64,000 bases of DNA, from positions 48,422 through 112,421 of IMG/VR virus record IMGVR_UViG_3300046542_000271. One strand, written 5' to 3'. Both the position numbers and the translations under genes were made by a program. This document shows positions 58,401 through 64,000 of this stretch, one piece after another (within the stretch, counting starts at the first letter, position 1; each line of letters starts with the position of its first letter). The notes beneath the pieces are model-generated. The model did no database searches, had not been told where the DNA came from, and saw only the letters and a list, made by a program, of their open reading frames with translations. The stretch comes from a virus.

Positions 58401-61033
58401 GCTTTGTCGCGAGCGTCGGTCAGACGACCCTGAACGTTGTGTTCGTCCAGTTTGCCTTCGACGTAGTTGCGCGCTTGATCAATGCGTTCAGGCATCCCGA
58501 ACTCATCGTAGCGATCCGTCACGTAACCACGAGCCATGTCCCACTTGGCAGGAAGGTTCGCGTCATTATAACGCTTGGTCACGTAGTCGCGGGCAGTCGC
58601 TGCGTTCTCAGCGAGATTGAAGTCAACACGAGCACCAGGCGAACGGCCCTCACAGCCACAAGGATCGATTTCCTGCACAGCCGCTAGGATAGCGTCCAGA
58701 CGATCATGCGTGCCCTTGTCAACAGTCTCCAGGAGCTCAGGGAGTGTCATCTCCCACTGACCCGGACCTTGCTGAGCCAATACATCGCTCAACGTGGTGG
58801 ACAGCAGGTTAATGCTGATAGGGTCAAGGCTGAACTGACCGGTAACCACTGGGGTAATGATCGGAGTAGGGGTTGGAGCAGGACCACCAGCACCCGGTGT
58901 GGTCTTACCAGCGTCTACGTCAACACGAAGAGCTTCAGCCGCTTTCGCCGCTTCTTCTTCCTTGCGTTTCTGTTCAGCTTCCTTCTCCGCCAGCTTCTTG
59001 CGAGCCAACTCAGCACGGGCATTGATCCCGTCCTTAATACCCTTCGTGGACCAGGTGAAGTCCTCAGCCTTCTCCTCTTCCTTCCGATCGTCTACGAACT
59101 CATCGCCACCTTCGTTCGCAATCTTGTCATAGATCGCGTTGGTGTCGATGGTATCGCCTGTACGACCGTCGTACTTCGACAGACCCAGCTCACGCCAGGA
59201 ACGACGACCGATCACTTCAGACAGACCTGCCATGCGGCTGGTGTAGTCAGTGATACGAGGAGCCAAGTCCAGATAACCAGCACGAGCCTTGGTGCGGAGG
59301 GCTTTGGCATCTTCATCATCGTCGATGTATTTGCCTTCCATGTCGATGCCGTACTTACCGGCAAAGAACTCCACCAACTCTTCAGCAACATCAGGACCTG
59401 CGTTTGTCCAAGACTCTGGCTTCACGAGGGTACGTGGGTCGAAGTCGCGGTTACTCGACATGTCCGTCATCAGACGGGAACGCAGAGCACGCTTGGCCTT
59501 AGGAGAGAGCTCCTCAGCACCCATGTCCTTGAGCTGGTAGTCGAGCTGCTTACGAACCGCATCACCAGCACCCGCTTTCAAGCCGATGTCGACGTGCTGC
59601 TGGTTCAGTACATCACGAGTAACGAAGCCGCCCGTGTAATGACTGTACGCATGCTCTTCTTGCTCTTGTCCGGTAGCAATGGTACGAAGCCATTTCTCCA
59701 TCGAGGACAATTGACCAGGAATGATCTCGACAACTGTCTTATGGAACAGGTTGTCGAATTTGGCCGTCTCGTCGAGAGCATAAACGCCACCACCGTTGAT
59801 CTTGTCCGTGATCGTGTAAGAGTCGAGTTGACGCTTAACGAAGTCCTCGAACTGACCTTTCAAACCGGTGGAAGTGGTTTCGCTACGAGCGTAGTCGTTC
59901 ACTCGCTGAGACAAGCCAGACAGTTTGTCTTGCAGGAAACGTCCACCGTCCTGGATCGCGCCGGCTTGTTTGCCGAGACCCATTTTGGTGAGACCTTCCT
60001 TAACAGCGAACTCCAGCAGATCCGCCAAACCTTCAGACGCCAGACCACCCAATGCCTCACCCGCCATAGCGGACTTGGACATGCCACCACCCATGGAGTT
60101 GGCAGCACTGAGTGCACCCATGGCACCGCCCAAGCTTTGGCTCAGGTTGTCCTTAATGCTACCCAGGTGTTTCTTGGCGAAGTTACTGGCCGAGCCGATG
60201 ATGTTATCAGCCAGACGGTGGCGCAGACGTTCCTTAACGATCTCCGTGTTGCGCATCTTCAAGAAGTCAGGCAGCGCGCTGTTCTTGCCGATGGCTTTCA
60301 GAAGGTCGAGGGCGTCGTTGTGGAATACTTCGGACGCATGGTGCGTCCGCATCGACACATCGAGGTGACGATACTTGAGCTCCAAGGATTTACGATGGTA
60401 GTTGATCAGGACACTGTCTTGGTACTCAACCAGACGGCCGATCGACTTACCCATCTCGAGCGAGATACCAGTGGTGGTCTGGAACTCTTTACGAGCCCGG
60501 ACATCACGGCGCGCATCAGTGATGTTCTCATCGAGCTTGTTGCGTGCTTCCATCCCCAGCAGTTTATCGATGCCGTTGATGTCTGAGGTCAGCTTGTCAT
60601 CTTGACTGCCACCCCAATCAACACTTTCCTCTTCACTCGCGTCCAGCGCTTCCCGAGCACCCTTCGGCAACAGCCGTTTGAACATCGGGTTCTGCTGCTT
60701 TAGGAAGCGGCTAGTCTTCTGCATGTACGGCTGCATTTCAGCCGCATTATCCTTGTAGATGTCGGCGACACCGTTCGACAAGGAATCGTATGCGTTGAAT
60801 GCCTGGCTATAGCCCTTCGGGAGTGCAAACGAAAGGAGGCGGCGAATCAGACCGCGGTCCATGATTCGGTCTTTCAGACCATCTTTTGCGGACGATACAA
60901 ATGTTTCAATGGGAGAGCGGTCATCATCCGCGTCAAACTTAATTTCACCGTCCGTGTTGAAATCGAAGTCGCCCCCAAAATCAATATCGTCGAGGTTTAA
61001 GTCGTCGAAATCGACTTTATCTTTACTAGCCAT
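52403..61033 (-). CDS. Giant tail protein (phiKZ gp181-like tape-measure/injection protein) with lytic transglycosylase and DUF5675-like domains
   Basis: YHRKSLEL.YR, KNSALPDFLK and VEIIPG.L N-terminal motifs. Amphipathic repeats and a TM segment. SLT motif AVES.F...A....SSAKGLYQF...TW. TLELPW...SCIPPG.Y...ILIH.GN...GCIL domain. Confidence 0.85.
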   Translation of the reverse strand: MASKDKVDFDDLNLDDIDFGGDFDFNTDGEIKFDADDDRSPIETFVSSAKDGLKDRIMDRGLIRRLLSFALPKGYSQAFNAYDSLSNGVADIYKDNAAEMQPYMQKTSRFLKQQNPMFKRLLPKGAREALDASEEESVDWGGSQDDKLTSDINGIDKLLGMEARNKLDENITDARRDVRARKEFQTTTGISLEMGKSIGRLVEYQDSVLINYHRKSLELKYRHLDVSMRTHHASEVFHNDALDLLKAIGKNSALPDFLKMRNTEIVKERLRHRLADNIIGSASNFAKKHLGSIKDNLSQSLGGAMGALSAANSMGGGMSKSAMAGEALGGLASEGLADLLEFAVKEGLTKMGLGKQAGAIQDGGRFLQDKLSGLSQRVNDYARSETTSTGLKGQFEDFVKRQLDSYTITDKINGGGVYALDETAKFDNLFHKTVVEIIPGQLSSMEKWLRTIATGQEQEEHAYSHYTGGFVTRDVLNQQHVDIGLKAGAGDAVRKQLDYQLKDMGAEELSPKAKRALRSRLMTDMSSNRDFDPRTLVKPESWTNAGPDVAEELVEFFAGKYGIDMEGKYIDDDEDAKALRTKARAGYLDLAPRITDYTSRMAGLSEVIGRRSWRELGLSKYDGRTGDTIDTNAIYDKIANEGGDEFVDDRKEEEKAEDFTWSTKGIKDGINARAELARKKLAEKEAEQKRKEEEAAKAAEALRVDVDAGKTTPGAGGPAPTPTPIITPVVTGQFSLDPISINLLSTTLSDVLAQQGPGQWEMTLPELLETVDKGTHDRLDAILAAVQEIDPCGCEGRSPGARVDFNLAENAATARDYVTKRYNDANLPAKWDMARGYVTDRYDEFGMPERIDQARNYVEGKLDEHNVQGRLTDARDKAVSKYHGLDIPGRIAEARNLAQDQWDQFDAQGRADAARKRVEEWDAQGKLRALTDKALVKYDEFDARGKTEGLRDQAFEKIEELRAQLEDFDVRGRAEGLKDKALGKIEDFDVRRKAEGLRDKAREKLDEFDPRDAFDRAKEFVSNAFGGATEGSKEYWDRMREVLAEELHRAGHMGGGEAGPEGEATPGQSRGIGGRVWGAAKKAPGMALRGLGKYLGWSYKTIGAGVMGAGKLGVAGAKLPFTAINGLGVSDVHVQGETEPALTAKNIRRGYYFDVNTKKVIEKLKDITGPVKNREGEFVLTQEEFDKGLMSGDGESLAGWVGRKGLSAGLGLAGLAGRYVRGSYGLMGKAMKGAFNLAYDQFVQFDAYFPGDEEPRIRSSLLKKGFYRDADGAPLTSLKDIKGPVFDIEDNEVISQEELDKYKSLYTRNGSLLFTVGRGLVSGTAWAGDLALRGAKGYARMAGKFYKGLWKGAKAIGRGVKSMGMGLAGKMGFKADSPEGVAAGGMYGGDEELHTAVFEVGIQQLNTQRSIFELLREKFKMEQRDKWDLDGDGDRDNSWNDILKRRKAKKDEKDSAKQASGNNADVVKAIDKLGKNLDAALDELGDRVEESAEDGLLDQAADLGNIADGWNGDGGEGRGKRRGRGGRGGRGGRGIRGRLGGLGAKARGLGGRIAGSRAAGWAVRGGTMAVEGAMMAGSAVMGSSMMAGLGTAAAAAGSTLLGWGAAAATGIGAILSAPVVLAAAAIAAVGYVGYKWYKSSQAKDNPIFYLRMTQYGVAPTDETRVKQMLAMEELLLPAVTFNGDKANIDAAKVAIPKLMEILEIEEGEDKRLRWALKWLAQRFRPVFLAHVGGMKKTVKSTKLSEADQLIDGSVIKEFLEIVDLKNFEKIYNAVLETPFDSTMGFGGSLDCGASDVEDAFELVRDRIKETEKKPEAAKSQDTPKDPEAEGGELGKAVAAVAVGGLDPLAAAAKKKAAEGEALDIGGMMRSGIDPTTALSPTGAGPLAAAAAGVAMTALPLPEGGPVSKEVDGATVSTAPKFESQEEPALMARWTNEPLKAADPLSMVGGAVGSLLKSFYQVQASKVKAYASSLDIPTAVRYLEYGLTDFDGEKCKQLQQVEELYWDFLKFNGYDNALIDGDLTALEDTVIGIFTPTGGNPQNVLMWLRYRFMPTFLQYAISVRRRLPGDVRQAPRNLTSQLMRDVLIETTQAVDSDAGTLVWLNMPSPWPNYVLGKDASVTTPYIDALPKSLKSLAVDGLKNGIQAAAGSKAEQPESAIEGSNLNQGSPNQQKEEGGLFSNAVSSVKKFFGFGGDPGGTAAGANTSSGQSGMAGGGPGLTPIPGVGGPPVASMGAAVAHPGGGAGGDINTLPTANGDGWEAMKGIIVGAAKMAGFDPFISANVAAVESQFKPRAGAGTSSAKGLYQFVNGTWGDMLRKYGKKYGIASNTHQFDPRANALMGMEYMKENYAYLKEKAKVPITDTALYAAHFLGAYGARKFLTAPGSASSEDIVGSAAVKANASVFREPTGRKGVYGRVRTVAEALAEIDRRMQAARSQHDLKPGQKPVVAEGSENEAAENKPQNGEGEIGGAAPEIGMDTQAAQGQGGGAPTADAPGESGGSAPMATGGGGGGSEGAVSNASNGMPTGASNAGTSYSQPPSPDAGAAAASGNAVLTREPDDDQGTFGTLRLPDGTEFCTLELPWRGNATGASCIPPGTYQVAMRNSPKFGQIYEVQNVPGRTAILIHSGNVAGDESKGYNSHVEGCILLGLSKGKVGGQKAVQQSRAAVAQFNEKMAGRPFTMSVIGAGANTSAKSVGDAPAEEDTTNATGSPVSAQDVAESANGAASGSSAAVNTQTGPAPTGNAAQDSAGTGPSTGSPLAPTISQSTANQNQNSMAQSTAELSTTVGPLLQQQLEVQKSMDSSLTQIRQYLEAMSKQQPASQGQPEAMPGSKDGQRQWSKDESAGTPPEATPRATPTSTGSGRNPINTRRTNAVT

Positions 61034-61088
61034 AACAGCCTCTCAAAATGGGGTGTTAGTCCATAAACTTTAAACGGAGCGTTGTATC

Positions 61089-62801
61089 GTGAATACAAAT
61101 GTACTCCCCGGCATGAATACGAACATGCTCCCGGTGATGTTGTGGATTCTCCACGCAGAACCTCAGGACCTGCGTCAGATTCCGGAGATCACGCGACTTG
61201 ATATCTTTGACGGTGCCAGTACCGACTTCCATGACGACGGGTTGTTCTCCGTCCGGATCTTCGGATTGGTGGGGTCGAAAGAGCGCGATGAACTCTACGG
61301 CAAGATCAACCTGAAAGTACGTGTGCTCCATCCAAAGATCTACCGCGAACTGTGTGCACTCAAGGAACTCTATCGTGAGATCCTCGACGGCAAACGCACG
61401 GCGAAGTTCGATAAAGAAGCTGGTGACTTTGTCGCGAGTATCAGTGATGATGCTTCGACAGGCTACTCATTCTTTATGCAGCATCTGGATCAGCTGGTCT
61501 TCAACAAGAACGCCTCCCCAGCGCGTAACGGGCGGATTGCCTTTATCGAGCGGTGGCGTCACCGCATGACCCTGAAGCAGTTCATTGTCATGCCTGCCGG
61601 CCTACGTGACGTAGAAGCTGGCGAAGACGGTCGTGTGACCAAGCATGAAATCAACGATTACTACTACAGGATTCTTGCCAGCGCCTCCACCATCACCGAA
61701 TCGGGCGACATGGAATCCCCTGCGTATGACGCAGTGCGCCGTTCCATCCAGATGAACGTGAACGAAGTCTACGCTTATATTGAAGGGATCATCAGCGGCA
61801 AGGATGGTTTCTTTAAAGACAAGTTCATGTCGCGTCGTGTCCGTGACGGTACTCGTAACGTTCTGACGTCGATGAACACCTCGGGCCAAAACCTCGAATC
61901 GCCTAACGTACCTTCCTTTGACTCTACAGTCTTGGGTGTGTATCAGGCCGCGAGCTCCATGGCGCCGTTGGTCATCCACTGGCTGCGTGTCGGTGTGCTC
62001 GAGAAAGTCTCGGGTGGTATGGAAGGCGATGTCCCTCTGATCGATAAGAAGACGCTGCGCACCTCATGGGTGAACTTACCTCCTTATGAACGTGACAAGT
62101 GGACCACTGAAGACGGCCTCCGGGAATTGATCCAGAGTCTGGTCGACGTGGAAGCTCGTCATCGTCCTGTAGAGATCATGGGATGCTACCTTGCTCTGGT
62201 GTATCTGGGCGAAGGCACCTTCCGTATCTTCCATGACATCAGTGAGCTGCCTCCTGGCTTAGACAAGAATCAGGTCCACCCCATCACACTGATGGAGTTG
62301 ATCTACCTGTCGGGTTATAGCAAATGGGCGAAGCACTTCACCACGATCACTCGTTACCCGATTGCTGGTGACGACTCCACCTACCCGTCCCGACTCTATG
62401 TCCGTTCCACCACTATCGGTGAAGTGCGCAGAGAGCTCGACAGTACGTGGATGCCGATGGAAGGCGATGACTTCCTGGCTGTGGAATACCCGAAACCAGG
62501 CTTGACCACCTACCACGACTCTGAGTCTCCGCATCCTAGCCGCCTAGCAGGCCTTGGGGCAGACTTCGACGGTGACACCGGTAGTGCGACCACCCTGATG
62601 CTCAAAGACTCCCTGGAGGAGATCGAGGGCTATCTGGGTACGCGTAACGCATGGGTCAAACCAGACGGCCGTGTACGAGCGTCGGTTAGCTACGATACCT
62701 CGGACCTCGTGGTGCGTAACCTGACGGGTCGTTTCGATCACGTCTCCAAGCCGATCGAAGGTGAGTTTGCTTCTGTGCTCGATAGCCTCCAACTTCCGTA
62801 G
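61089..62801 (+). CDS. Virion RNA polymerase beta'-like catalytic subunit (phiKZ gp180-like)
   Basis: GLFS..IFG..G, GK.GF and TRYP motifs, and the catalytic GADFDGD. Divergent from the gp181 homologue. Confidence 0.9.
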   Translation: MNTNVLPGMNTNMLPVMLWILHAEPQDLRQIPEITRLDIFDGASTDFHDDGLFSVRIFGLVGSKERDELYGKINLKVRVLHPKIYRELCALKELYREILDGKRTAKFDKEAGDFVASISDDASTGYSFFMQHLDQLVFNKNASPARNGRIAFIERWRHRMTLKQFIVMPAGLRDVEAGEDGRVTKHEINDYYYRILASASTITESGDMESPAYDAVRRSIQMNVNEVYAYIEGIISGKDGFFKDKFMSRRVRDGTRNVLTSMNTSGQNLESPNVPSFDSTVLGVYQAASSMAPLVIHWLRVGVLEKVSGGMEGDVPLIDKKTLRTSWVNLPPYERDKWTTEDGLRELIQSLVDVEARHRPVEIMGCYLALVYLGEGTFRIFHDISELPPGLDKNQVHPITLMELIYLSGYSKWAKHFTTITRYPIAGDDSTYPSRLYVRSTTIGEVRRELDSTWMPMEGDDFLAVEYPKPGLTTYHDSESPHPSRLAGLGADFDGDTGSATTLMLKDSLEEIEGYLGTRNAWVKPDGRVRASVSYDTSDLVVRNLTGRFDHVSKPIEGEFASVLDSLQLP

Positions 62802-62814
62802 GGAGTAACACTTA

Positions 62815-64000
62815 ATGTCAGACATGCTGACTCCCGCGATTTACGAGAGACGCTTTTCGCTCTTTCGTCGATCGCATTTCGATACCCCGGTGGTGTATCC
62901 GATTGCTCGGATGCAACTGCCGCGGCAATCGATCTATCACTTCGTCACCACTGACGCTGTACGGCTTGGCCCTCGGATGAACGACGAACTGCTGCGCCCT
63001 GTGCCTGGCATCGTCTACGTTGACAACATCGCCAAGATGGAGCAGCCAATCGGCGGTCCTATCCCGAAGCCTGGGGCTAACCCCAACACCTTGCTGACTG
63101 AGTACCGTCGTCTGAACCGTCAGATCCGACCACTCAAGAACATGGTGCGGTTGGAAGATGACACCCGCAGCCTCGTGTGCTTCAACTACGCGTTCCTACC
63201 TCACCTGGTTCGTTACCCGATCAGCTTCCGCGCGAGTTACTTCGAGTGGTACAACGTGTACAGCCAGGTCGTCAAGAAGATCAACGAGATCGGACCGACG
63301 TCTAAGCGGTCTCATTACCTCGAGATCGACTTGCCGGCTATCATGCCTGCGCTGACGGTCCTGCGTGAGTTTGCGGCTAACCCTGCACCTTCGAACCTGA
63401 AGAAGCTGACCTCGCCTGAACTCAAGATGTTGGCTGACCTGTTTGTCTGGGCCGGTAAGCATCGTGAGAAGTCGCTGCTGTCCAAGCTCGACCCTGCGAT
63501 GTACAGCAAGGTCAACCTCATCGTTCGCCGTAACGATTCCTGGGTAGCGGTTAACCTGGGTTGGTTGGACGGCTTCCGTGCAGGTGAAGGTAAGAAAGGT
63601 GGGATGGATCCTACCCTGTTCGAACTGCGTGTTCTAAAGTTGATGTCGATCATCCATCAGGCTGCTGCGCCTGTGGCTTCGGCGGTGTCTGAAGAAGTGG
63701 TGGCAGAACCTGAGGTCAACGAGGACACGTTCCACGAAGACCCAGAAGCTACCATCAAGGCGATGGACGCTGAAGACGATGCGATCATCTCCGGCGATAC
63801 GGATACCGATGCCGAACAGATGAAGAAGCTCGAGGATGAGCTCAATGAACTGGACAAGCTGAAAGATGCTGACCAGGGCGTTGAGTCCATGAACGAAGAT
63901 GACGAACTGGTGAAGTCCAATACCAGCCTCGACATCAACGTCTTGAGTCAAGTGGCAGAGACACCTAAGGAAGGTGAGGCTATCCGTAATAAAGCGGATG
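62815..64000 (+). CDS. Virion RNA polymerase beta-like large subunit (phiKZ gp178-like), 3'-truncated by the window
   Basis: SD GGGAG and ATG 62815. Frame open to the window end (MSDMLTPAIYERRF...LPRQSIYHF...NY..L). Follows the beta' subunit gene. Confidence 0.7.
   Translation, partial: MSDMLTPAIYERRFSLFRRSHFDTPVVYPIARMQLPRQSIYHFVTTDAVRLGPRMNDELLRPVPGIVYVDNIAKMEQPIGGPIPKPGANPNTLLTEYRRLNRQIRPLKNMVRLEDDTRSLVCFNYAFLPHLVRYPISFRASYFEWYNVYSQVVKKINEIGPTSKRSHYLEIDLPAIMPALTVLREFAANPAPSNLKKLTSPELKMLADLFVWAGKHREKSLLSKLDPAMYSKVNLIVRRNDSWVAVNLGWLDGFRAGEGKKGGMDPTLFELRVLKLMSIIHQAAAPVASAVSEEVVAEPEVNEDTFHEDPEATIKAMDAEDDAIISGDTDTDAEQMKKLEDELNELDKLKDADQGVESMNEDDELVKSNTSLDINVLSQVAETPKEGEAIRNKAD

Noticed and set aside
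61089-64000. Introns or inteins in RNAP subunits (seen in some jumbo phages)
   Set aside because: Frames are continuous and I saw no intein splice motifs or homing endonuclease ORF. The split into separate subunits is normal for phiKZ-like phages.
1-64000. Stop-codon reassignment, DGR/retron or invertase-based fibre switching
   Set aside because: Genes are full length in the standard code, with TAA, TAG and TGA all used as stops. There is no reverse transcriptase, recombinase or near-identical template/inverted repeat around the fibre genes.

Overview
A 64-kb segment of a phiKZ-like (Chimalliviridae-type) jumbo myophage genome, in the standard genetic code with GC-rich third codon positions. 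It holds core virion genes: portal, baseplate/tail proteins, a central spike plus PAAR tip, and a giant gp181-like tail protein with a lytic transglycosylase. It also encodes three virion RNA polymerase subunits, recombination/repair genes (RuvC, SbcC, UvsX, RNase H), an endolysin and a spanin-like pair, and a ~7-kb accessory block of small co-oriented genes (13.3-20.7 kb). phiKZ gp numbers are from recalled family motifs and gene order, not from a database search. The most notable observations are: (1) a tandemly duplicated four-gene tail-fibre cassette (adapter + 1 long + 2 short paralogues) that suggests heterotrimeric fibres; (2) a free-standing RNA polymerase alpha-CTD-like protein heading the accessory operon; (3) an intergenic element of two hairpins built from tandem sheared G-A pairs and GNA triloops, which looks like an ssDNA structure; (4) a class of terminator hairpins flanked by GCATA/TATGC; (5) a second, DUF5675-like cell-wall enzyme domain in the gp181 homologue; (6) an 18-copy LDGF repeat array in a tail protein; (7) a gene-insertion footprint at a SLOG gene. 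I recognised no CRISPR array, tRNA, rRNA or transposase.
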